Assembly (NCBI GenBank): GCA_021817415.1
Contig: JAKAUZ010000013.1
Location: 4,376-68,375, forward strand
Length of the DNA: 64,000 nucleotides
Direction: 5' to 3'
Source of the DNA: Thermoplasmata archaeon
Lineage (GTDB): Archaea; Thermoplasmatota; Thermoplasmata; Thermoplasmatales; GCA-001856825
In this document: piece after piece, positions 21,101 through 29,242 of the stretch
How the letters are laid out: each line of letters opens with the position of its first letter
Numbering within the stretch: position 1 is the first letter of the stretch
Made by a program: the position numbers and the translations under genes
The notes under the pieces: model-generated
Databases searched by the model: none
What the model was told of the DNA's origin: nothing
The model's input: the letters and a program-made list of their open reading frames with translations, nothing else

Positions 21101-21244
21101 CAGGATCTCATTGCAGCTTTCGACTCAAACAAAAAGTACATTCTGGACAGCACACAGGCGGTTCAGAGCACAGAGGACAGTGGATTCAACAAGGAATGGG
21201 AGATATCTGAAATGAAGCTGATAATTACGATATCAAAGATCTAG
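18200..21244 (+). CDS. ileS: Isoleucyl-tRNA synthetase
   Basis: HIGH-type motif (PHIGHAET), KMSKS, and the CP1 editing region. The start is GTG at 18200 or the adjacent TTG. Confidence 0.96.
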   Translation: MLSEVPQKFDLVQIEAEVSSIWVKKKIMERSFEINKGKENFSFLEGPPTANGPPHIGHAETRAMKDLFLRYKTMKGYNIYPRIAGWDCHGLPVEIEVEKTLKIKNKKEIDEMGIGNFNRLCKESVFKYVKDWERVSKKLGYWVDYDNAYVTMKDEYIESVWWALKELYKKGLLFKDFRISPFCPRCGTTLSAHEVAQGYRDIEDFSIYVKFKIKGRDEYFLVWTTTPWTLPANTFLAVNPDFNYVLVNVGGEKYWLVEDRVKEVLRDFEIIEKKQGKEFKGMEYEQLLPFLQLKKGLYVVEADFVTKEDGTGIVHIAPAFGADDYKILKRENGELYVTVAEDGKINLESPWKGMQISDANDEILKYLKVNGRMLKKEKAVHSYPFCWRCGTRLIYYPVESWFIGVSRRTEDIVSFNKRINWKPEYIRDGRFGNFLEEGKDWAISRNRYWGTPLPVWTCSNGHTFVAGSKRELLENAAEVPKNFELHKPYVDDIRVKCNECGSFMKREPYPIDTWFDSGSAFYAQYHYPFENKELFEKNFPVDFITEAMDQTRGWFYVLHVISSMLFGSNSYSNVIVMEFVLNSKGEKMSKSKGDVVDPMKIIEKIGTDALRLFFYQGPPWKTKRFSEEIADEYARKVLGTLYNSYMLFSTNARLDKWNPRKENMIDNLDKWLYYRTNLTITNVNKYMDSYEPHRALEEIEALVMDLSQWYLRLSRDKFWNENITDEKRSSYFVTHYAILETVKMLAPFTPYFSDFLYTKMTGEDSVHLSSFPVAGETEDLLLREMDKVKLIVETGRRIRQINSLTLRRPVKQVVIGDMTLEGVAEKYRSLISKELNTKDVVIADIENYMTRNYRLNRKIAGKEFGKDLAKAEEEFSKEENQKLFETNKGVTIMGRGISESMVLVEKHLKEGYVTDPEGRVPILINKESDRGLLLEGLAREIVRRIQSMRKDAGFDYTDKIRLKIDGDQDLIAAFDSNKKYILDSTQAVQSTEDSGFNKEWEISEMKLIITISKI

Positions 21245-22221
21245 TCTTTCGGAATTAAGACCAAATCATCGTCTATCTTTGCCACATAGACGCTATCTCT
21301 CCTCTTTGTATCGTGTATGGCCCTTTCCCTAAAGTCATATGGATCTAGGATGTACGCTGTATTCCCTTCCCTGTAGAGGACCTGTGCCTCAAGTATATCT
21401 TCCCCTTTCAGGATCACGGAATGTTCCTTAATGTCATTTAATTTCATTTTCGCGGTAATTTCTTTCTTCACGTCTATTAGAGTGACCTCGTTTTCTCTTA
21501 TTCGTTGGATTAGATAATCATCTCCTCTTACTCTGATAACATCACCAATGTGGAAATCTGGAATTCTAGTAGAAACGGTAATTCGGTATAGATCTTTTCC
21601 TTCCTTCTTTCCTACAAGATGCGAGGTCTCTATAAGAGTCCCTCCAAATTTGTAAATTATCTTCTTCCCAACGTTTCTAGTAAATTGCTTTTCCGAAATG
21701 AAAAGGTCAAATCCTTCCTTTCTCTTCACGGTTTTTGTGAGGAAAATCCCCGGTTTTGTAGTGGTCTTGAATTGAGAAATCGCATATTCCAGTACGTCAT
21801 CCAAGTTATGGTCCCTTCCTCCTCTGAGCTGGAGTATCGCCTCAAAATAATTCCCCCTCCTCAACGTGCATTGAGGACAGGAAGCCAGTGAGGTACTCAA
21901 GAAGAGCACACCAGACATGTGATTCGCACCCTGCTCAGTAATAAAATATCCATCATACGAAACCTTCCTGTTATATTCATCTCCAGAGAACGAAAGTTCA
22001 AGGTCCCGAATGTCCATATCCTTTCCAATGAAATACCTTACAATATCTTCCTCTGACAATGGATCATAAACCCACTGGTCAGTGAAAAGTGCTCCACAGT
22101 GGGGGCATCTCTTGATCTTTATGCTCTTGATCGGCTCTAAAGCGACTTTGTTCCTTGCAGCCGCGCATTCAGCGCAAATTATTCCTTTATTGATTTCTTT
22201 TCCACAAATTATGCATTTCGT
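21241..22221 (-). CDS. NMD3 family (60S subunit export adaptor homologue). True start uncertain.
   Basis: CPQC...GNYFEAILQLRG core. The conserved N-terminal zinc ribbons (KCIICGKEINKGIICAEC...RCPHCG) lie upstream of the tracker TTG at 22059. The frame is open only to 22224 and has no ATG/GTG/TTG there. The candidate start is ACG at 22219-22221. Confidence 0.7.
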   Translation of the reverse strand, partial: TKCIICGKEINKGIICAECAAARNKVALEPIKSIKIKRCPHCGALFTDQWVYDPLSEEDIVRYFIGKDMDIRDLELSFSGDEYNRKVSYDGYFITEQGANHMSGVLFLSTSLASCPQCTLRRGNYFEAILQLRGGRDHNLDDVLEYAISQFKTTTKPGIFLTKTVKRKEGFDLFISEKQFTRNVGKKIIYKFGGTLIETSHLVGKKEGKDLYRITVSTRIPDFHIGDVIRVRGDDYLIQRIRENEVTLIDVKKEITAKMKLNDIKEHSVILKGEDILEAQVLYREGNTAYILDPYDFRERAIHDTKRRDSVYVAKIDDDLVLIPKD

Positions 22222-22347
22222 ATTCTACCTAATGTATAATAAAATAAATCTTTATAGGGAAGAAATAGCACATTCCAGCCACAAATGTATCCAACTTGTT
22301 TTCGTCATCAATCAATTGTATTTCAGATAATATTGCATGAACCAAAG

Positions 22348-22686
22348 TTATTTTATTTCCTGAGCTGGTGCCTGGGCAATTCTTCTGCTCTTTAGAAATT
22401 CCTCAGGGCTTTCAAAATATTCCCTAAAGTACACACAATTATCTTTTCCCTTGCAAGTTAACAGGTTCAGCTTAATGCATCCCTGGGAATCAAGATACAC
22501 GCACTCTTTTTCCATTACAACGAAATTGTTCCATATTTCACACTCTTCCTCTATGCATTTGTACCCCGGATACTTGAAGTGGCATACCCCCGTAAGGTCA
22601 GAGAATGCGCATCTCATAAGTATGGAATGTCTACTGAAATAAATACTGTTCTTTTCTCCAGGACTAAAATGCGAATCCTGGCCCAA
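22348..22686 (-). CDS. Small cysteine-rich hypothetical protein
   Basis: 8 Cys in about 60 residues (MRCAFSDLTGVCHF...CKGKDNCVYF). The tracker start is TTG. ATG at 22617 (MRCAFSD) is a more likely start. Confidence 0.45.
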   Translation of the reverse strand: MGQDSHFSPGEKNSIYFSRHSILMRCAFSDLTGVCHFKYPGYKCIEEECEIWNNFVVMEKECVYLDSQGCIKLNLLTCKGKDNCVYFREYFESPEEFLKSRRIAQAPAQEIK

Positions 22687-22797
22687 TATTAATGACTTAC
22701 CTCCGAATGAAGACTGCGATTAGAAACCTCAAAGATCAGGAGTAAGCGAAATTATACCAAAAACAAAAAATAGCTGCCGACATTTATACATGGCACG

Positions 22798-24873
22798 ATG
22801 AAAGAAAGAAACGTTGAGATAGCGCTAGCTTTATCTATTATAGCAGTAGGTGTAGTTATAAGGCTAATTCCGAATATAATCTATTTTGCATGGGGGAACG
22901 ACTATGGCATTTATTATTATCTGAGTCAGGCTTTCTTGACGGGTAAGTCTATAGTTTATCCTCCAAATTCTCCATGGGGGAATGATGGTTATCAATTTTT
23001 TCCAGTCACATACTTCATCGTCCTGGGAGTCCATTACCTGTTCAGAGTTCCTTTGAATGTGGCTCTTAATTATTCAATACCTTTTCTCGGTGGCCTCACC
23101 CCTTTCCTGCTGTACCTGATCTCCAAACAACTGGGGTTCAACAGGTATGTGTCAGTTCTTGCTGGATTCCTGCTGGCTGTGAATCCTGTCCAGGTCTACC
23201 AAACTTCCCAACCGAATTATCTTACAACAGGACACTTCTTCCTGCTCCTCACCATATTGTTTTTCTTTAAATTCCACAAGGACAGAAAGTATCTCGTACC
23301 TCTTGTAATCTCTCTAGCCCTTCTAATAATGAGCCATCAATTATCAACATACATTTTCTTGATTTCTATCGAGGGAATCGTAATCTTTGTAAACCTTCTT
23401 AGTGATAAGTGGAAGAGTTATCTTCTCTGGGACACGTTATTTATTGAATCAACGGGTACGTTCATGATGCTCTACCTACTCCTAAGGATCCCATCAATGG
23501 TGCATTTCTTTTCTGGCGCGATGCTGGGGATCGGTTATGGTGGAGTGATGGTTCTTTTCTACGTTTCAACCATGTTGATCTACATTGTTCTCAGCAGATG
23601 GAAAACAGAGAGGTTCTCCAAGCACCTCAATTCATTCCTAATTAGATTCAAATTGAATATTGATCCTGGCAGGGATTTCTATCTGACAATAATATCCACA
23701 CTGGCGATCATGCTGGTGTTTGTGGTCGGAATGATAACAGGTTTGCTGCCCAGTTACATATCATTCAATTCAATATTCATATCAATACCTTTCTTCCTGT
23801 TCTTATCAATTTCCATCGTTGGCCTGAAGTATTTTCTGACCGAAATGAATATTGCCGAAGTCTTTGGGTGGTCTTTTACCATAGCAGTTTCACTTCTTTA
23901 CAGTGTTATTTCAAGGAATACGGTACTCCTACCTGCAAGATACTTTGAGTATCTTGCGGCTCCATTCTCAATCATAGCTGCTTACGTTATTTATAAATGG
24001 GACATTCACTACAAGGAAACTCACAAACTTAAGAACCTGCAGGGGGCAACCCAGCAATTAATGATAAGGATACCCATGAAAGATTCCAATAAATCTCATT
24101 CTCACAAAAGTGTAACGAAGCCGAGTTTTGAAGGAGTAAAGAGATATGTTGTCGCAAAGCGTCTTGCGGCAGAGAATATTGTCATAATTGTCGCACTATC
24201 ATTGATATTATTAATGGGCGTGGTGAGCTATCCCATGACTTCCGACTACATTCCTTCTCACACAGAGGCAATCACGTATCAGGATGAAGCGGCAATACAA
24301 TATCTCAATCAGACTGGAAACAGGAATCTCTCGGTAGCTACGGACCACCAGATAGGAATCTACATAGAATCGTTTGGTTTTTCTTCCCCCTTCAACAATT
24401 TATCCATATTCTGGAATTCTACAAACTGGACTCAGGCTATCTGGCAGATTATAGGGGAAAATGGGACCTATCTTCCAGTTGGGTATGTACTGATATCGTC
24501 ATATATGATCGAATACGGGGTATGGGGGTACAACGGAAGCAATAATCCCAATCAGCCACCAGTATACATGAATGCATCTTCCTTCAGCAAATTCTTCACT
24601 GAACCTATGGAACTAATGTATGAGAATACGTCAGCAACCCAGAATGTTTCAAGTTACCTGTTTGGGATCAACTGGACTTACGTCAATGCCTATCTCAATC
24701 AAAGGGGCTTGGGGAATCTGAGTTACTATATCTCCCTGTATCACGAAAGGAATAGAAACGATACCTCTTCTCCCCCTGAGGCATTCCAAGCCAGTAACGC
24801 TGGCTCACTTCAATATCACCATGCCGGGCAGTTCGAATACCTTAATTCTCCGCCTAGTAAATTTAAATCTTGA
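22798..24873 (+). CDS. Polytopic GT-C-like membrane glycosyltransferase candidate with a sequon-rich extracytoplasmic C-terminal domain
   Basis: At least 12 predicted TM helices, an acidic first loop (AWGNDYGIYYY), and a roughly 200-aa C-terminal domain with 13 N-x-S/T sequons. No WWDYG motif was seen, so it is not called AglB. Confidence 0.5.
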   Translation: MKERNVEIALALSIIAVGVVIRLIPNIIYFAWGNDYGIYYYLSQAFLTGKSIVYPPNSPWGNDGYQFFPVTYFIVLGVHYLFRVPLNVALNYSIPFLGGLTPFLLYLISKQLGFNRYVSVLAGFLLAVNPVQVYQTSQPNYLTTGHFFLLLTILFFFKFHKDRKYLVPLVISLALLIMSHQLSTYIFLISIEGIVIFVNLLSDKWKSYLLWDTLFIESTGTFMMLYLLLRIPSMVHFFSGAMLGIGYGGVMVLFYVSTMLIYIVLSRWKTERFSKHLNSFLIRFKLNIDPGRDFYLTIISTLAIMLVFVVGMITGLLPSYISFNSIFISIPFFLFLSISIVGLKYFLTEMNIAEVFGWSFTIAVSLLYSVISRNTVLLPARYFEYLAAPFSIIAAYVIYKWDIHYKETHKLKNLQGATQQLMIRIPMKDSNKSHSHKSVTKPSFEGVKRYVVAKRLAAENIVIIVALSLILLMGVVSYPMTSDYIPSHTEAITYQDEAAIQYLNQTGNRNLSVATDHQIGIYIESFGFSSPFNNLSIFWNSTNWTQAIWQIIGENGTYLPVGYVLISSYMIEYGVWGYNGSNNPNQPPVYMNASSFSKFFTEPMELMYENTSATQNVSSYLFGINWTYVNAYLNQRGLGNLSYYISLYHERNRNDTSSPPEAFQASNAGSLQYHHAGQFEYLNSPPSKFKS

Positions 24874-24931
24874 GATTGACTACTGAAGCAATCAAGTAAC
24901 CAAGCGATCTAATAGATGATAAAGGGTGGAA

Positions 24932-26218
24932 TCATGGTCTCAGCCTCCTTATAGTTCTTGGGAAAGGAACTGCATTCTTGATGTGTTCCAGCCCTGCAAT
25001 CCATGTGAGGACCCTGTCCATACCCAATCCAAAACCAGAGTGTGGAACGCTCCCAAATCTTCTGAGATCAATATACCATCCGTAGTCATCCGTATTCAGG
25101 CCATTTTCAGAAATTCTCCTTAACAGTTCATCTTTATTCCAGATTCTTTCTCCTCCTCCTATGATCTCTCCATACCCTTCAGGCGCCAGCATGTCGTGGC
25201 ATAAGACATGGGCAGGATCATCCGGGTCAGGCCGATGGTAGAAAGGCTTAAGAGATGTTGGAAAGTTGTACACGAATAAGGGCTTATCAAAACCTTCTGT
25301 AATTTCTCGTTCCTCCTTTTCTCCAAGATCCACTATATCTGGTAGGTCCATTCCCTTGGAACGTCCAAGATCTATGATCTTTTCGTATGTGTATCTGTAG
25401 AATGGTGTCTCGATGTTCTTGAGTTTTTCAGGGTCTCTCTTCAAGATTGAAAGCTCATCCTTTCTTTTGTCCAAGAGATCAGAGGCAATCCTAACTATCA
25501 TCTCCTCCTCAAAGGTCATCATTTCCTGATTGCTCATCCATGCTGACTCTGCCTCAAGGTGGGAGAATTCTGTGAGATGCCTTCTAGTCCTAGACTTTTC
25601 CGCCCTGAATGATGGTGAAATCGTGTAAACTTTTTCCAACGAATAAATGAAAGCTTCCAGATAGAATTGTGATGATTGAGTAAGATATGCTTTTTCCCCG
25701 AAATATGGAACTTCGAAAAGGGTCGATCCTCCCTCAACTGCCGCACCGACAAACATGGGAGTATGAACTTCGTGGTACCCTTTCTCCTTGAAATATTCCC
25801 TAGAAGTCTCAAAAATAGTCTCCCTTATCTTCAGCGTAGCGGTCATCTCCCTGCTTCTTAACCAAAGGTGTCTTATGTCCAGAAGGAATTCATCACTCTT
25901 ATCCTTCGTAATTGGAAATTTCTCAGCTATGTTAAAAGCTGTTAGCTTGCTCACGTGAATTTCATATCCAGTAGGTGCTTTTTTCTCCTTTACAAGATTT
26001 CCCTCCAGCTCGATTGAACTCTCTATGGTCAGCTTCTTGGCTGTCTCAAAGTCATCATCTGAAAGTTTTCCTCTTTCTACTATAGCCTGTATTATGTTGG
26101 TTGAATCCCGGACAATGATGAAAACAAGAGGGCCGGATTCTCTCCATCTGTAGACCCACCCTCTAGTTTTGACTAAAGATCCAACATGTTCGTCACTCAG
26201 TAAGCTGGAAATGTGCAT
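24932..26218 (-). CDS. asnS: Asparaginyl-tRNA synthetase
   Basis: Class IIb motifs FRAEKSRTRRHLTEF and YIDLRRFGSVPHSGFGLGMDR...PFPR, which fit the AsnRS rather than the AspRS pattern. Confidence 0.85.
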   Translation of the reverse strand: MHISSLLSDEHVGSLVKTRGWVYRWRESGPLVFIIVRDSTNIIQAIVERGKLSDDDFETAKKLTIESSIELEGNLVKEKKAPTGYEIHVSKLTAFNIAEKFPITKDKSDEFLLDIRHLWLRSREMTATLKIRETIFETSREYFKEKGYHEVHTPMFVGAAVEGGSTLFEVPYFGEKAYLTQSSQFYLEAFIYSLEKVYTISPSFRAEKSRTRRHLTEFSHLEAESAWMSNQEMMTFEEEMIVRIASDLLDKRKDELSILKRDPEKLKNIETPFYRYTYEKIIDLGRSKGMDLPDIVDLGEKEEREITEGFDKPLFVYNFPTSLKPFYHRPDPDDPAHVLCHDMLAPEGYGEIIGGGERIWNKDELLRRISENGLNTDDYGWYIDLRRFGSVPHSGFGLGMDRVLTWIAGLEHIKNAVPFPRTIRRLRP

Positions 26219-26381
26219 GACTTCGTAATTTGACTATGTACATATCTCTTTCTGATAAAATTCAGTCATGAATGGGGAGGAAACCCATTTTGCACTGTAA
26301 AATCGGGCAAATGTAAATTAAAATGGGATTCAGAATAATCAGTCGCTTTGAAGACAAAACCTAAATTTTGGTCATAATTAC

Positions 26382-28460
26382 ATGAATGTGGAAAAATACC
26401 TAGTTTACTTTCCAGCAAATTATAAACTGACCAACTATGATCAGAATTTTATCAGTGCACTAAGGTCGCTTTCGATTGAAACTGACCAGTTAAGTGAGTA
26501 TGACAGGAAGCAGAGGACGATAATACGCAACGATGAAACATTACGTCTCCAGCAGATTCTGAAAGATTTTTTTGAAACGCGAGAAAGGACGGACGAGATG
26601 CCTGAAGCTACAAAATATTACTGTGACCGCTGCGACATTGTTATCGAGGGGAAAAATAGAGTGCGGAAGAAAATAGAAGACAATAGGATAATAGGGTTCA
26701 TAAACCAAGATAACAAGTACCTCCTCCTGCCGTTAATGGCCAGAGTTAATCAGCCAACGAAGTGGGCAAGAGTGGAGGGAAGGGAATTTATTTACTACAT
26801 TGACAGAGAGTCATACAGGTTGATCAAGGATTTCACGAAAAAAGGCAAGGAAGTTCATCAAGACATAATCGACATTACTTTCCCCGCACTGAAGAATCCA
26901 TATAGTGAATCGCCCTATTATTTCAAATCCATTAGAGTGAAGTATTTTTCATACAGGAATTACTGCCCAATTTGTGGCTCAGAATTAAAGAAAAGGATGC
27001 TCAGACCCATCAAATCTGGAAAGACTGTACTCGGCTTCCATGACCAGAATGGAAACTATTATTTCAACGACAAAGGTATTATACACGCACTTTCCAAGGG
27101 AAATGGAGTCACAAAGATTTTGGTACCAAATTCAACTTCTCACCTGAGAAATGGGGACGGAAACGATGTAAAAATCAATCAATTTTTTTACAAGGGAATA
27201 TCGAGGTACGGTAGCATACTTGAGAAGTTATCCCAAAAAATTCGAAACATGACTGAACTCACAGGTAAGGAAAATGAGGACCTTGACATAATTGCCTTAA
27301 AATACGCAGAATCATTGAAACTAGAGATCAGTGATTTGATTAAGAAAGGAGAGTATATCGAAGCACTGAAAAGATTCTCTTCTGGTGTATCAGTTTTCGA
27401 CCAGTTTTTCATTCAGGGGGGTAGAAGAAGGATCGGCATTCCCAGAAAGGCAGTGAAGGAACTTGAATACACATTTGAGGCACTTTTCAATGGTTCTGGA
27501 GAACGCTTGTTCTTCTCAGGGATACATCTAGAAGAAGAGTGGTATAATCTTATAGATTTGTTCCTCAACGTAGAGAAACTAAAATCAAAGAGTGGAGGTC
27601 GGAGACATGCGTATGAACAGATTGTTGTAAGCACGGTTGCCCCCCTCCCTCCAGAGTCTTATATACGGAATTTACTTAATACAGATGAAGTTCAGATAAT
27701 CACAGGAATATGGCATGGTGTGAAATTCGTAGTGACTCCAAACAGGGAAAAAATAGGGCAATATTATAAGAACTATGCCTCTAAACTTTCGTACATTCTC
27801 AGTAAGAAAGAGGCCAAGGATATCATAAAGAAGATAGAATCAGGGGAATATTATGTGGGTGTTGAAGGGCAGAATCTCAGGATAACTAGGGAAATGGTGA
27901 ACATTATCCCGCAGGTTTCTGAAGGATATCTAAAAGGAAAGTTCAAACTTGGCGAATTTTATTTAAAAGTCTCCCAGGAAAAGTGTAAATCTAGGGTGGA
28001 CGACCTGATGGGGGAAATAAATTTTGAAAGAAAGAAGATGAAAATGCGCAGGGACGATCCAGTTGATGTAATTGTACCCGATGATGATTGCAGAGAATAC
28101 ATTGACTCAAAATACAATATAATAGCAACCAGAACCAACTTAAGGAAACTTTCATTTGGAGATAAGTTCTCGGTCACTCCTTTCTACAGGAATAGCCTTA
28201 TGAACGCACTTCAGAGGTACCTAGATCTCACTCCTGTCCAAGTACAGAAGGTACTGGATGATGGAATAGAGAATATGTATGTCCTGCAAATTGGTGACAT
28301 TGTATCACTTCCTATAAAGGATAGCGAGATAAGGGGAAAGATACTTGAAGCAAGAAAAAAGGTAGTTGAGCCTAGAGACGAAATAGATGTAGTTAGGTGC
28401 ACCCTCTGTAATGGCAGGGTTATGAACAATGCTTGTGAAGAATGCGGGTTTCACTACTAG
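26382..28460 (+). CDS. Orphan 692-aa zinc-ribbon protein with an IleRS C-terminal-like module
   Basis: CxxC at aa 81 and 195 within a duplicated module, and a C-terminal C4 ribbon CTLCNGRVMNNACEEC. Residues about 450-590 resemble the C-terminal domain of the IleRS encoded at 18200. Confidence 0.6.
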   Translation: MNVEKYLVYFPANYKLTNYDQNFISALRSLSIETDQLSEYDRKQRTIIRNDETLRLQQILKDFFETRERTDEMPEATKYYCDRCDIVIEGKNRVRKKIEDNRIIGFINQDNKYLLLPLMARVNQPTKWARVEGREFIYYIDRESYRLIKDFTKKGKEVHQDIIDITFPALKNPYSESPYYFKSIRVKYFSYRNYCPICGSELKKRMLRPIKSGKTVLGFHDQNGNYYFNDKGIIHALSKGNGVTKILVPNSTSHLRNGDGNDVKINQFFYKGISRYGSILEKLSQKIRNMTELTGKENEDLDIIALKYAESLKLEISDLIKKGEYIEALKRFSSGVSVFDQFFIQGGRRRIGIPRKAVKELEYTFEALFNGSGERLFFSGIHLEEEWYNLIDLFLNVEKLKSKSGGRRHAYEQIVVSTVAPLPPESYIRNLLNTDEVQIITGIWHGVKFVVTPNREKIGQYYKNYASKLSYILSKKEAKDIIKKIESGEYYVGVEGQNLRITREMVNIIPQVSEGYLKGKFKLGEFYLKVSQEKCKSRVDDLMGEINFERKKMKMRRDDPVDVIVPDDDCREYIDSKYNIIATRTNLRKLSFGDKFSVTPFYRNSLMNALQRYLDLTPVQVQKVLDDGIENMYVLQIGDIVSLPIKDSEIRGKILEARKKVVEPRDEIDVVRCTLCNGRVMNNACEECGFHY

Positions 28461-29242
28461 GGCCTAGTCAGTTCTTTGAACGCTTCCTTGAATTTTGGCA
28501 CAGTCTCAAATCTGGAAAGTTCGTCAAAACTTACCCAAAAATATTGGGAATTTTCCCAGTTAAGTTTTATCGAATCATCCTTGGGTTCCATTAACAAAGG
28601 GGTAATTCTAAAAAGTGTATTCTCGTGCCTCACGTATACTAATTCGCCTTTCCGTAACAATCTTGCATCAGAGACATCACACTCTTCCCTTAACTCCCTG
28701 GCCCCAGTCTCCTCTGGTCTCTCACCCTCCTCAACGTAACCTGAAACACCGCCGTACATATCTGGATATGAAGAAACCTTTGATGATCGTTTTAATACAA
28801 GGAGTTTTCCTTTAAATATTAGGAACACTGTTGCAATATCTTTTAAAACAGCATTCTTTATTTCCACAGTCCCTTTTTTCCCATCCATTTCGATGGTATC
28901 ACCATCAACAAAAATATCAATCGGGATCTGGTCTATCATTGGTATTTCTGAAATTATTGCACCAGTCAAAACTACTTGTTCCGCAGTTTCATTGATGATC
29001 CCGGAAGGAGCCAGATTTTTATTCTTCAGTTCCAATATCACATATGATCCAACTGTAGAGCCCCTACCTCCCTTGAAAATCAGTATCTTGTCAGAGAATG
29101 ACCTTCCTTCACATAATCCTGATGAAATGACGCCGCTCTTGCTCATTTCACCAAGTGGTGATATATACTGATTGCAGACCATCGCAGTCGAGGTTGTTTT
29201 TCCAGGGGCCATTCCTCTTCCTTTGATCAAGCTATCACCCAT
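28457..29242 (-). CDS. Aconitase X swivel-domain small subunit (DUF126) fused to a Nudix hydrolase domain
   Basis: The N-terminal half has GMAPGK...ILIFKGGRGSTVGSYVI...GAIISEIPMID. The C-terminal half has the Nudix box GYVEEGERPEETGARELREECDV. It is one uninterrupted frame. ATG at 29242 overlaps the large-subunit stop by 16 nt. Confidence 0.75.
   Translation of the reverse strand: MGDSLIKGRGMAPGKTTSTAMVCNQYISPLGEMSKSGVISSGLCEGRSFSDKILIFKGGRGSTVGSYVILELKNKNLAPSGIINETAEQVVLTGAIISEIPMIDQIPIDIFVDGDTIEMDGKKGTVEIKNAVLKDIATVFLIFKGKLLVLKRSSKVSSYPDMYGGVSGYVEEGERPEETGARELREECDVSDARLLRKGELVYVRHENTLFRITPLLMEPKDDSIKLNWENSQYFWVSFDELSRFETVPKFKEAFKELTRP

Noticed and set aside
22082-22330. 82-aa plus-strand ORF
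   Set aside because: It is antisense to the conserved NMD3 zinc-ribbon coding region, whose translation is clearly meaningful on the minus strand.
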